A DNA stretch of 64,000 nt from an uncultured delta proteobacterium (GTDB lineage: Bacteria > Myxococcota_A > Polyangia > Polyangiales > Polyangiaceae): contig CAWJCS010000006.1 of assembly GCA_963841435.1 (NCBI GenBank), positions 1,184,001 through 1,248,000 of the forward strand, in the 5' to 3' direction. Within the stretch, counting starts at the first letter, position 1. Each line of letters begins with the position of its first letter. Made by a program: the position numbers and the translations under genes. The notes beneath the pieces were generated by a model, which was given only the letters and a program-made list of their open reading frames with translations, did not search any database and was not told where the DNA came from. Below, in pieces: positions 10,904 through 21,059 of this stretch.

Positions 10904-11166
10904 AAGACGCACCCAAGGACCGAGCGGACAAGGAGCCGGCGGGGTTCCGGCGCACGGGTCGCCGCCGCGGCTGCACGTTCTGCGCCGACGACGCTCCGCC
11001 CATCGAATACAAGGATCCGCAGTCTCTGCGCTACTTCGTGAGCGAGCGCGGCAAGATCGTGCCGCGTCGCATTTCGGGCGCTTGCGCCAAGCACCAGCGA
11101 GCGATTCAGCTCGCCGTGAAGCTTTCGCGCAACATTGCGCTCTTGCCCTTCACCTCCAACGATTGA
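10900..11166 (+). CDS. rpsR: 30S ribosomal protein S18 (Zn-binding C+ form)
   Basis: CTFC and [17 protein letters not shown] motifs. Confidence 0.96.
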   Translation: MKDAPKDRADKEPAGFRRTGRRRGCTFCADDAPPIEYKDPQSLRYFVSERGKIVPRRISGACAKHQRAIQLAVKLSRNIALLPFTSND

Positions 11167-11173
11167 GCGCCCC

Positions 11174-11632
11174 ATGGCAAGCACCGTGAAAGTGTTGCTG
11201 AAGAAGAACGTCGACAACCTCGGCGCCGGCGGTGAGGTCGTGAAAGTGCGGCCTGGTTTCGCGAGGAACTATCTGTTGCCCCACGGGTTCGCCGTGCCGG
11301 CAACCGCGGGGAACCTCGCCCGGGTCGAGGACCTGAAGCGCCTCGCGGCCCAGCAGACCGAGCAGGAGCTCGCGCAGGCCAAGGAGATCGGGGTTCGCCT
11401 CGGGGCCATGAGCGTGCAGATCGAACGCGCATCCGGTGAGGAAGACCGGATGTGGGGCTCGGTCACGGCGAAGGACATCGAAGAAGCGTTCGCGCGCATC
11501 GGCGTCGAGATCGACCGAAAGCGCATCCACCTTCCCGAGCCGATCAAGGAGTTCGGCCCCGTCGAGGTGTCGATCCGCTTGCACACCGCCGTGCAGGGAG
11601 CGCTCAAGGTCGAGATCGTAAAAAAGAAGTAG
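11174..11632 (+). CDS. rplI: 50S ribosomal protein L9
   Basis: LGAGGEVVKVRPGFARNYLLP and GSVTAKDI motifs. Confidence 0.96.
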   Translation: MASTVKVLLKKNVDNLGAGGEVVKVRPGFARNYLLPHGFAVPATAGNLARVEDLKRLAAQQTEQELAQAKEIGVRLGAMSVQIERASGEEDRMWGSVTAKDIEEAFARIGVEIDRKRIHLPEPIKEFGPVEVSIRLHTAVQGALKVEIVKKK

Positions 11633-11698
11633 GCCTGAAGCACGCGCGAGGCGCGCCCGTCGCCTAACGGATCACGTCGATGCAGGCGAAGGTCGCCG

Positions 11699-11728
11699 TT
11701 GACAGGTTCTAAAGAGTTGGGCTAAAAG
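11699..11728 (+). promoter_or_regulatory. Possible sigma70 promoter upstream of the dnaB leader
   Basis: TTGACA at 11699-11704 followed 18 nt later by TAAAAG; the -10 element is weak. Confidence 0.35.
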
Positions 11729-11963
11729 CCCAGGCTTCACTCGAGCGTGGCTTTCGCGCGACGAGTCACGAACGCCCCGGTGGTGCGCATGTGCCCCCGG
11801 GGCGTCGCTCATTTGGACCCCTGGGGACATCCTATGCACTCCATCTTGGCAACCACGGGATGCGCGCCGAGGCTGAAAATGGGGCGGCCCCGCGTGGGAC
11901 GCCGCGATCGGACATTGCCTTACCGCGCTCGATGGAGCGCGGGCGCTACGGTGAGGTCGGGCC

Positions 11964-13466
11964 ATGACGACCGCCCTCGACATCCCGCAGCAGGCTTCCG
12001 GTGGTGGCCGTGTGCCGCCCAACGAGCTCGACGCGGAGGCCGCGGTGCTCAGCGCCGTGCTGCTCGACGCCGATGCGTTCGATCGCGTGCAGGAGGTGCT
12101 CGCGCCGGAGCATTTCTACGCCGACGCGAACCGTCGCATCTTCGAAGCGGTCGTCGAGCTGAAGGGCGCGGCCGGGCAGCCGGTTGACATCGTGTCGGTG
12201 GCAGCCTGGCTGCGGGACCGCAATCGCCTCGCGCAGGTGGGCGGCACGCCATACCTCGCGCAGCTCGCCGACGGGACGCCCGCCGTCGCGCACGTGGAGC
12301 ACCACGCGAAGCTCATCCGTGAAAAGTGGCGGCTACGCCAGCTCATCGCGACGTGCCAGCGCTGCGTGGCGGAGGGGTACACGGGCTGCGAGGACGTGCA
12401 GGCCTTCATCGACTCGGCCGAGCAGGCCGTCTTCGACATCGCGCGAGTGCCCTCCGCCTCGAGCGTCGTCACGGCGAAGGACGCCATCCACAAGGCCTTC
12501 GACATCCTCACCGAAACGGCGCGTCGTGGCGGTGGCGTCACCGGCATCGAAACCGGTTTTCGGGAGCTCGACCGGCTCTGCTCGGGCATGCACCGCGGTG
12601 ATCTCTACGTCGTCGCGGCCCGCCCCGGCATGGGAAAGACCGCGTTCGTCCTCAACCTGGCCGTCAACGTCGCGAGCCCGCGCGGCGTACAGGCCCAAGG
12701 GGAGGGGGAGGCGTACTTCGAGCCAGCGGCCGAGCAGCCTGGGCACGGCGTGCTGTTTTGCTCGCTCGAGATGCCACGTGAGCAGCTCGCCGCGCGACTG
12801 CTCGCTTCCGAGGCGCGCGTCGACATGTCCGGCATCCGCAGCGGACGCCCGCAGCGCGAGGATTGGCCGAAGCTCACCGAAGCGGCTGCGCGACTCAGCC
12901 GATTACCACTGTGGATCGACGATACGCCCGCGCTCACCCTGCTCGACTTGCGCGCCAAGATCCGCCGTCTGCAGGCCGAGATCGCGCGCGGCGATTCGCA
13001 CGTGCCGGCGCAGGGGCTCGGACTCGTCGCGGTGGACTACCTGCAGCTCATGCAGGGCCGGCGCGACGCGCACAGCCGCGAGCAGGAGATCAGTGAGCTT
13101 TCCCGTGGGCTAAAACAGCTCGCCAAGGAGATGAGCGTGCCCGTGATCGCCCTGAGCCAGCTGAACCGCGCCGTCGAGACGCGCACCACGAAGGACAAGC
13201 GTCCTCAGCTGAGCGATCTGCGTGAAAGCGGCGCCATCGAGCAGGACGCCGACACGATCCTGTTCATCTATCGTGATTTTTACTACTTCAAGGACAACAC
13301 CGATCGCCGCAGCGTCGCCGAGATCATCGTGGCCAAGCAGCGCAACGGCCCCACGGGAACCTTCGAAACGCGCTACACCGACACGTACACACGCTTCGAC
13401 AACCTCGCGAACGAAGAATACGACTTCGACGAAGCAGACCGGTTCGCCGACCCGGGCCTGGGCTAG
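11964..13466 (+). CDS. dnaB: Replicative DNA helicase
   Basis: AARPGMGKT, SLEM, VDYLQLM and SDLRESGAIEQDAD motifs; no intein seen. Confidence 0.97.
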   Translation: MTTALDIPQQASGGGRVPPNELDAEAAVLSAVLLDADAFDRVQEVLAPEHFYADANRRIFEAVVELKGAAGQPVDIVSVAAWLRDRNRLAQVGGTPYLAQLADGTPAVAHVEHHAKLIREKWRLRQLIATCQRCVAEGYTGCEDVQAFIDSAEQAVFDIARVPSASSVVTAKDAIHKAFDILTETARRGGGVTGIETGFRELDRLCSGMHRGDLYVVAARPGMGKTAFVLNLAVNVASPRGVQAQGEGEAYFEPAAEQPGHGVLFCSLEMPREQLAARLLASEARVDMSGIRSGRPQREDWPKLTEAAARLSRLPLWIDDTPALTLLDLRAKIRRLQAEIARGDSHVPAQGLGLVAVDYLQLMQGRRDAHSREQEISELSRGLKQLAKEMSVPVIALSQLNRAVETRTTKDKRPQLSDLRESGAIEQDADTILFIYRDFYYFKDNTDRRSVAEIIVAKQRNGPTGTFETRYTDTYTRFDNLANEEYDFDEADRFADPGLG

Positions 13467-13522
13467 TCAGTCGCCGCGCCAAACGAAGCACCCGGCGGAA
13501 CGGGCGCCCGCCCGGGTCACGC

Positions 13523-14554
<1,032 letters not shown>

Positions 14555-15196
14555 CTACTGGCGCGGTGGCTTGAGGGGCAGGTGCCCGCGTCCCGGACCC
14601 GTCGGCTTGCGAGGCATCGGTTTCCTCGCAGCCTCTAGCACATCGAACGCGGCCAGCACGGCGTCGAGGCCGTAGGCACGTGCGCCCGCTTCGTTGAAGA
14701 CTTCCGGGACCCTGGAAAGCTTCAGAGCGACGCTCTTGCTGATGTCAACCTCGCGCTCGACGAAGGCCTCGAACGTCGCGTAGCCCTTGGCGTCGAACAG
14801 CCGAAAGTCCGCGATCTGCTTGAGGGTGCGACCGAGCTCGAAGAAGTTTTCCCCGAGATTCTTGCGCAGCGTTCGGACGCGGCCGAGCGCCGTGTGAAGC
14901 TCGCCGACGCGCGCCTTGATGTGCTCGGCGTGGTCCGGCGTGCGCAGCGTGGCGCGGGCGCTGCCGGGACGCGGCGGGTCGCGCAGGCGGGCAGCCGCCT
15001 CGGCCGCTCGGCGCTCGGCGTGGCGAGCCGCCCAGGGGGCCGCACCGCGGGCACCGAGCCGTCGCGGCGTCGCCACGGGGGCCGCGGGCACGGGCAATGT
15101 GTCGAGAACGGGCCGGACCGAGCTGCGGGCCGAAGCCGGCGGCTTGGACGGCCGGTGATCCGGTCTCGGCTTGGCCTTCGGTTTCGTCTTTCCCAT
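14555..15196 (-). CDS. Hypothetical basic protein with a DUF3102/plasmid-partition-like helical domain
   Basis: ATG at 15196; Lys/Pro-rich N-terminus followed by FFELGRTLKQI...GYATFEAFVERE. Confidence 0.55.
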   Translation of the reverse strand: MGKTKPKAKPRPDHRPSKPPASARSSVRPVLDTLPVPAAPVATPRRLGARGAAPWAARHAERRAAEAAARLRDPPRPGSARATLRTPDHAEHIKARVGELHTALGRVRTLRKNLGENFFELGRTLKQIADFRLFDAKGYATFEAFVEREVDISKSVALKLSRVPEVFNEAGARAYGLDAVLAAFDVLEAARKPMPRKPTGPGRGHLPLKPPRQ

Positions 15197-15290
15197 GTCC
15201 GCGCTCGCCCCCACACCCGGGGGATTCGAAGCTGGTCCCTGCCGGGACCCTATACTACCGGTGAGCCCGCGTGAAAAATAGGCATCCACA

Positions 15291-16382
15291 ATGAGCGAGC
15301 CGCTCCCCCGCTCAAGCCCCCTCGCGACGGGGCCCGATGGCCAACCGCTCAGGCGCGTCGCCGTCGTCGTCAACGGCAGGGCGAAGAACGTCACGAGCGA
15401 GGTGATCTCCACCCTGGACCGGATCCTCGAGGGCTCCGATCTGTTCGTGTCCCGTCGCATCGAGGACGCGCGCGAGATCGCCCGCACGCTCGTCGTGCGG
15501 GGCTACGACACCGTCCTCACGGGCGGCGGAGACGGCACGTTCACCGTCATGGTTACCGAAGTGGTTCGCGAGGCGCGCCGGCGCGGGGCGACTCTCCCGC
15601 GCTTCGGCTTGCTGAAGCTCGGCACCGGTAACGCACTCGCCTGGGTCGTCGGTGCGCGCGGCATCGACGGTGAGGAAGTGGGGGCCGACATCCGCCGACT
15701 CGGCGAGGAGGCGGGTAGCCGGCCCATGCGGCTCATCGAGGTCGAGGGGATCATCACGCCCTTTTGCGGCTTCGGGGCTGACGCGAGGATGCTCAACGAC
15801 TACGGCAGCGTGAAGTCGAAGCTCGGCCAGACGCCGCTCCGCAGGGTGGCCGCCGGCATCCCCGGCTACGCGCTCGCCGCGCTCACGCGCACGCTGCCGC
15901 ACATCGCGTTTTCGCGCATGGTCCGCTGCCGCGCCATCAACCGAGGTGGCGAAGCCTATCGCGTCGGCACGCACGGCAGCGTCGCGGGCCGTCCTCTGCC
16001 ACACGGCGAGGTGCTCTACGAGGGACCGATGCGGCTCGCAGCGCTTTCGACCATCCCGTACTATGGCTACGGCCTTCGGATGTTCCCGTACGCCGAGGAT
16101 CGCCCGCATCGCATGCAGCTCAGGATTACGAACATTTCGCCGCCGGAGTTCGTGCGACACCTGAGCGGGATCTGGAAGGGTGACTACGAGAACCCAAAGG
16201 TGTTGTTCGACTTTCTCGTAGACAAAGTGGAGCTCGAATTCGACCCCCCCGCACCCTTTCACGTGGGTGGCGATCCGCGCGGCGAGCGGGTGCGCGTCGA
16301 CGTGGAGCTCTGCCCGACGCCGATCGAGCTGGTCGATTTCTACGCGCCGCCGCGCTCGGAGACGCCGAGTGCGCGGCCCTGA
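15291..16382 (+). CDS. Diacylglycerol/lipid kinase family protein
   Basis: VVVNGRA, GGGDGT, LGTGNALA and CGFGADA motifs. Confidence 0.88.
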   Translation: MSEPLPRSSPLATGPDGQPLRRVAVVVNGRAKNVTSEVISTLDRILEGSDLFVSRRIEDAREIARTLVVRGYDTVLTGGGDGTFTVMVTEVVREARRRGATLPRFGLLKLGTGNALAWVVGARGIDGEEVGADIRRLGEEAGSRPMRLIEVEGIITPFCGFGADARMLNDYGSVKSKLGQTPLRRVAAGIPGYALAALTRTLPHIAFSRMVRCRAINRGGEAYRVGTHGSVAGRPLPHGEVLYEGPMRLAALSTIPYYGYGLRMFPYAEDRPHRMQLRITNISPPEFVRHLSGIWKGDYENPKVLFDFLVDKVELEFDPPAPFHVGGDPRGERVRVDVELCPTPIELVDFYAPPRSETPSARP

Positions 16383-16812
16383 GCCTCCGCCGAGAACGTC
16401 GCGGTTTCGCCCAGCCGTTTCGTGGCTCAGCGGCGCCTGCGCCCTGCTCGTCGCGGTCGCGGCGTCGAGCGCGTCCAGGGAGCTGGAGGCGGGCATGGCG
16501 TGCGCGGTGGAGCCGGGCACCGGCCGGCTGCTGTGCACCGTCACGGTCGCGGCGCCCGGTCGCTCCCTCGTCTGGAGCGACGCGCTAGTCGTCGCGGCCC
16601 CCCCCGGAGCGGCGCCGCTCCGGGCTCGCGTCACGAGCGCGCGGGGCAGCCCTGGGCGCATCCTGATTGGCTTCGTCTTGTCAACTGGCGCCGGGGGCCG
16701 CATCGACGTGCTCGCGCGCGCCGTGACTTGCCCGAAGGCACCCGCGAAGGGAGCGTGCCGGCCGGTCTCGCGGCGCGTGGCGTACGACCTTCCCGAGCTA
16801 GGCGGCGGCTGA
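16267..16812 (+). CDS. Hypothetical exported protein; true start unresolved (probably ~16380-16430)
   Basis: Signal-like hydrophobic stretch followed by a Cys-containing beta-rich domain; it fills the gap between co-oriented genes. Confidence 0.45.
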   Translation: MAIRAASGCASTWSSARRRSSWSISTRRRARRRRVRGPEPPPRTSRFRPAVSWLSGACALLVAVAASSASRELEAGMACAVEPGTGRLLCTVTVAAPGRSLVWSDALVVAAPPGAAPLRARVTSARGSPGRILIGFVLSTGAGGRIDVLARAVTCPKAPAKGACRPVSRRVAYDLPELGGG

Positions 16813-16861
16813 GCGCCCCGTGAACTTGCCCTAAAACGCGCCCGTGGGCTAGCCCGAGGGC

Positions 16862-17578
16862 ATGAACCTGCCGGGTCAACTCAGGCGCACCACGCTCGGC
16901 GACATGCTCGGCGCGCTGCACCGAGAACGCGCGAGCGGCGTACTCGAGCTCGTCGAGGCTCATGGCATCACCGCGGGCCGGAGCCATCGCATCTACCTGA
17001 CCGCGGGCCTCGTCAACCGCGTGGACTCGCCGCTCACCGACGCGCCGCTCGGCGAGCTTTTGCTGCGCGAGGGTGTCATCGAGCGCGAGCAGCTGCGGCA
17101 GCTACTCTCGCTCATGGTCGAAGAGCCCGGGCGCCGCTCGGGCGAGCTCCTGAGTGACGCGCGGCTCGCGAGTGACGCCGTGGTGTCCGCGGCTCTCAAG
17201 GCCCAGCTGCGTGCCCGGCTCGAAGCGGCGTTCCGCCTCGACGACGCCGAGATCCGCTTTCACGTGCGGCGCCCTGCGCCCGCGGGGGGACCGAGCTCGC
17301 TCCTCGCCGTGCGTGACTTCCTGCACGGCCGCCGCCGCGCGCGAGAGGCCAACGGGCCGCGCAGTGGCACGGAGTCGGGCGCCGCGGCCGCACGCGAGGC
17401 GTACCGCCTGCTGGGGCTCGAGCCGGGCGCTTCGACCGACAGCGTGCGGCGGGCCTTCCGCAAGCTCGCGACCGAGCACCATCCGGACCGGCACCCCGAA
17501 GCCAGTAGCGAAGAGCTCGTTTCGCTCGTCCGGCGTTTTTCCCGAATCACCGCCGCGTACCACCGCCTGGGTGGGTGA
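16862..17578 (+). CDS. DUF4388-like/GSPII-N domain protein with C-terminal J domain
   Basis: N-terminal LPGQLRRTTLGDML; C-terminal AYRLLGL...AFRKLATEHHPD. Confidence 0.8.
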   Translation: MNLPGQLRRTTLGDMLGALHRERASGVLELVEAHGITAGRSHRIYLTAGLVNRVDSPLTDAPLGELLLREGVIEREQLRQLLSLMVEEPGRRSGELLSDARLASDAVVSAALKAQLRARLEAAFRLDDAEIRFHVRRPAPAGGPSSLLAVRDFLHGRRRAREANGPRSGTESGAAAAREAYRLLGLEPGASTDSVRRAFRKLATEHHPDRHPEASSEELVSLVRRFSRITAAYHRLGG

Positions 17579-17610
17579 CGTCGCACCCGCGTTGCACGGG
17601 CGCGAGCGGC

Positions 17611-18348
17611 TCAGCCGGCGTTGCGGTAGAGCGCGCGGCCGACGAAGAACGGACCCATCTGCGCGATGAACTCCGCGGTCTGGCGCGTGCTGCGCATCGC
17701 CTGCACCACGTGCGAGAGCGGGTGGAGCGCCTTGCCGATGAGCCCGATCAAGAACTCGTTGTCGTTCGTGTCGAGCCCGTGGCACGCGAGCCGCACGTCG
17801 TGTGCGAGGTCTGCGGCCCCGTAGCTCTTGCCGATGGTGCCGTGCTCGCGCAGGATGCCACCCTGCTCTCGGGGCTCGAGGCGCGCGAAGGCACCGTTGC
17901 GACGGAGTGGGTACCAGATGGCCCATGGCCAGGCTTCGTTGAGCACGGTTTGCTTCGGCCGCTCGATGAGCCAGTGCTCGAGATCGGGCTCGTAGCCCGT
18001 GGAGTAGCTGCGGCCGAGCATCGTGAACTCGGGGCGCAGCGTCGTGCCTTTGAGCGCGGCGACGGCCGGGCGTACGTGGACGACGAAATCGGCCGGATCC
18101 TCGCTGAACGTGAGCAGCCCGAGGCCCCAGGGATCGTTCACGTCTTCGTAGACGACGCCGCCGATGCGCGCGCGGGAGAGCGCGCCCGCGAGTCGCTTCG
18201 CGGCCTCGCCTGGACCCTCGGTTTGCTCCGTGCGAAGCACCAGAAGCTGCATGAACAGGCGCCGGTCGAGCACCTGCGGTTGTCCGTCGCGCTGGGCCCC
18301 GTGCTCGCGCACGTCTAGGGTGCCCTCCGTCGCATGGCCGGTAGACAT
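17611..18348 (-). CDS. Chlorite dismutase/coproheme decarboxylase (ChdC/HemQ-like) family protein
   Basis: WYPLRR, proximal His in REHGTIG, and GLD..DNEF motif. Confidence 0.8.
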   Translation of the reverse strand: MSTGHATEGTLDVREHGAQRDGQPQVLDRRLFMQLLVLRTEQTEGPGEAAKRLAGALSRARIGGVVYEDVNDPWGLGLLTFSEDPADFVVHVRPAVAALKGTTLRPEFTMLGRSYSTGYEPDLEHWLIERPKQTVLNEAWPWAIWYPLRRNGAFARLEPREQGGILREHGTIGKSYGAADLAHDVRLACHGLDTNDNEFLIGLIGKALHPLSHVVQAMRSTRQTAEFIAQMGPFFVGRALYRNAG

Positions 18349-18388
18349 GCCGTGAGCTTAGCGCATCTCGTGATAAGCTCCGCCGGCT

Positions 18389-19705
18389 TTGGCCGCTGCC
18401 TCTCTACCACCACCCCCGGATCCGGGTCTCGCTCTGCCTTCCCGCCCGCTCGGCCTCGTGCACGCTCTGCCGGCCGGCATGCGCGACCTCTTGCCGGCGG
18501 AGGCCCGCGATCAGGCGGCGCTCGCGCGGCGGCTGCTCGACGCGTTCGCGCTGCACGGCTACGAGCTCGTGACGCTGCCGATCTTCGAGTACGCGAGCGT
18601 GCTGGAGCTCGGCCTCGGGGTGCTCGGCGAGGAGCAGCTCTTGCGCTTCGTCGAGCCGGAGACGGGCGCCGTCGTCGCGCTCCGGCCGGACATGACCGCG
18701 CAGATTGCGCGCCTCGCCGCGACGCGGATGGCGGACGCGCCCGATCCGATCCGGCTCTGCTATCAGGGCTCGGTCCTCAGGCGCCGGCGCGAGCGGGCGC
18801 GCCAGCGCCGCCAGATCCCCCAGGCTGGCGTCGAGTTGCTCGGGCTGCTCGGTCTCGAGGGCGACCTCGAGGTGCTCGGTATCGCGACCGACGCAGCCCG
18901 CGCCGCGGGCCTCACCGACTTCGCCGTCGACCTCGGCCACGCCGGCATCGCGGCGGCGCTCATCGGCTCGCTGCCCCGCGCTGCGCAGAGCGAGATCGTC
19001 GAAGCGCTCGCGGCGCGTGACTCGACCGAGCTGGCTCGCCGTGCGGAAAGGTTTGGCATGCGCGGAGCGCCGCTCGCGGCGCTGACCGCCCTGCCGGATC
19101 TGCACGGTGGAGAGACGGTGTGGGGGCCGGCCGAGAGCGCGCTCGGTAAGACCCCCGCCGCCCAATGCCTCGCGGAGCTCCGCCGGCTGTTCGACGCCGT
19201 GGGCGAGGCGAGCCTTGCGCCCCGACTCCTTTTCGACCTCGCTGAAACGCGCGATCTTGGCTACTACACCGGGACGGTTTTTCAGCTGCACGCGGCGGGG
19301 CCGGGGCGGGCGATTGGCGCCGGCGGGCGCTACGACGGGCTCTCCGAGCGCTTCGGGCGCGGGCGACCCGCTGCGGGCTTCGCCTTTGGCCTGGACGAGC
19401 TCGCCTGGGCACTCGAGCGGGCTGGCCGCGAGTCCGAGCCGGCCCAGCGGATGCTCGTCACGAACGGCGACTCCGCTGTGCTTGCCGCGCTCCGCGGGTG
19501 CAAAATTGCCTGTGCGCCCGCGCCCCCGAGCGATCTGCTCGCCCACGCCCAAGCCTTTCGCTACACACACCTCGTGGAAATCACCATGAACACCGCCACG
19601 CTCGTCCGGGTCTCCGATCTCGGTCGTGAGCCGTTGCCGCGCGACCCGCGTGCGCTCGGCGCGGCGGCGTTGGCATTGCTCGAGCGCGAGCGCACGAGCG
19701 ACTAG
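18389..19705 (+). CDS. hisZ: ATP phosphoribosyltransferase regulatory subunit
   Basis: LPAGMRD, LRPDMTAQIAR, QAGVEL, YYTG and GGRYD motifs; conserved hisZ-purA pairing. The start is uncertain. Confidence 0.9.
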   Translation: MAAASLPPPPDPGLALPSRPLGLVHALPAGMRDLLPAEARDQAALARRLLDAFALHGYELVTLPIFEYASVLELGLGVLGEEQLLRFVEPETGAVVALRPDMTAQIARLAATRMADAPDPIRLCYQGSVLRRRRERARQRRQIPQAGVELLGLLGLEGDLEVLGIATDAARAAGLTDFAVDLGHAGIAAALIGSLPRAAQSEIVEALAARDSTELARRAERFGMRGAPLAALTALPDLHGGETVWGPAESALGKTPAAQCLAELRRLFDAVGEASLAPRLLFDLAETRDLGYYTGTVFQLHAAGPGRAIGAGGRYDGLSERFGRGRPAAGFAFGLDELAWALERAGRESEPAQRMLVTNGDSAVLAALRGCKIACAPAPPSDLLAHAQAFRYTHLVEITMNTATLVRVSDLGREPLPRDPRALGAAALALLERERTSD

Positions 19706-19723
19706 CTCGGGAAACGAAGTCTC

Positions 19724-21037
19724 ATGTCAGTCGTTGCAATCGTGGGCGCCCAGTGGGGCGACGAGGGGAAGGGAAAGATCGTCGACATCTACACGGAGTT
19801 TGCCGACGTCGTGGTCCGCTACGCTGGCGGCCCCAACGCCGGGCATACGCTCGTGGTGGGGGACGACAAGCTCGTCGTGCGCCTCCTCCCGAGCGGTATC
19901 CTCCGCCCCGAGACGCTCAGCGTGCTCGGTCAAGGCATGGTCGTCGATCCCGATGTGCTGCTCGGCGAGATCGACGAGCTCGTGCGTCGCGGTCACCGCG
20001 ACGTGACGTCTCGGCTCGTCTTGAGCGACCGGGCTCATCTCATCTTGCCGTACCACGTGCTCGTCGACACTCTGCGCGAGACGCGAGCGCCGGAGGGTCG
20101 CGCCATCGGGACCACCAAGAAGGGCATCGGGCCCGCCTACGAGGACAAGGCGCGGCGCACGGGCCTGCGCGCCTGCGACCTTAGGCATCCCAAGCGCCTT
20201 TTTGAGCGACTCGAAGGGGCGCTCGACGCCTGGGCCCCGACGATCACGGCGCTCGGTGGCGAAGTGCCGAGCGTGGAGTCCCTGCTCGGACCGCTCGAGG
20301 CGGCGGCCGTGCGCCTCCTGCCACTCCTGCGCGACACGTCGGCGCTCGTGAGCAACGCCGTGCGCGAGGGCAAGCGTGTCATGCTGGAGGGCGCGCAGGG
20401 TACGCTACTCGATCTCGATCACGGGACTTATCCGTTTGTCACCTCGAGCTCCGCCGTGGCGGGCGGCGCTTCGGTGGGCACCGGCATCGGTCCGAACCGA
20501 ATCGGCACGGTGATCGGCATCACCAAGGCGTACACGACGCGCGTCGGCGCGGGTCCGTTTCCCACCGAGCTCGGCAACGCCGAGGGGGATCACCTGCGTG
20601 AGGTGGGGGCGGAGTTCGGCTCCGTCACGGGTCGCCCGCGCCGCACGGGCTGGCTCGATCTCCCGGCCCTGCGCTATGCGGCGCGTGTGAACGGATTCGA
20701 CGGCATCGCGCTCACCAAGCTCGACGTGCTCACGGGGCTCGACAAGCTGAAGGTCTGCGTCGCCTACGACACGCCGGACGGGCGCGTGAGCGATCTCCCG
20801 CTCGATCTTCTGGACGCCGGGGATGCGCTGCGCCCCGTGTACGTCGAGCTCGAGGGCTGGCGCGAGAAGCTCGAGGGCGCGCGCGTGCTCGACGAGCTGC
20901 CGTCCGCGGCGCGCGCGTACATCCGGTTCCTCGAGACGGAGACGGGCGCCCCGATCTACCTCGTGAGCGTGGGGCCGCGTCGCGCCGAAACCATCGTCCT
21001 TCATAACCCCTTCGTCGGGCGCGCGGCAGCGCCCTGA
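19724..21037 (+). CDS. purA: Adenylosuccinate synthetase
   Basis: GAQWGDEGKGK, NAGHT and EGAQGTLLD motifs. Confidence 0.98.
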   Translation: MSVVAIVGAQWGDEGKGKIVDIYTEFADVVVRYAGGPNAGHTLVVGDDKLVVRLLPSGILRPETLSVLGQGMVVDPDVLLGEIDELVRRGHRDVTSRLVLSDRAHLILPYHVLVDTLRETRAPEGRAIGTTKKGIGPAYEDKARRTGLRACDLRHPKRLFERLEGALDAWAPTITALGGEVPSVESLLGPLEAAAVRLLPLLRDTSALVSNAVREGKRVMLEGAQGTLLDLDHGTYPFVTSSSAVAGGASVGTGIGPNRIGTVIGITKAYTTRVGAGPFPTELGNAEGDHLREVGAEFGSVTGRPRRTGWLDLPALRYAARVNGFDGIALTKLDVLTGLDKLKVCVAYDTPDGRVSDLPLDLLDAGDALRPVYVELEGWREKLEGARVLDELPSAARAYIRFLETETGAPIYLVSVGPRRAETIVLHNPFVGRAAAP

Positions 21038-21059
21038 GGCTCGTCGCCCGGTCGCTCCC

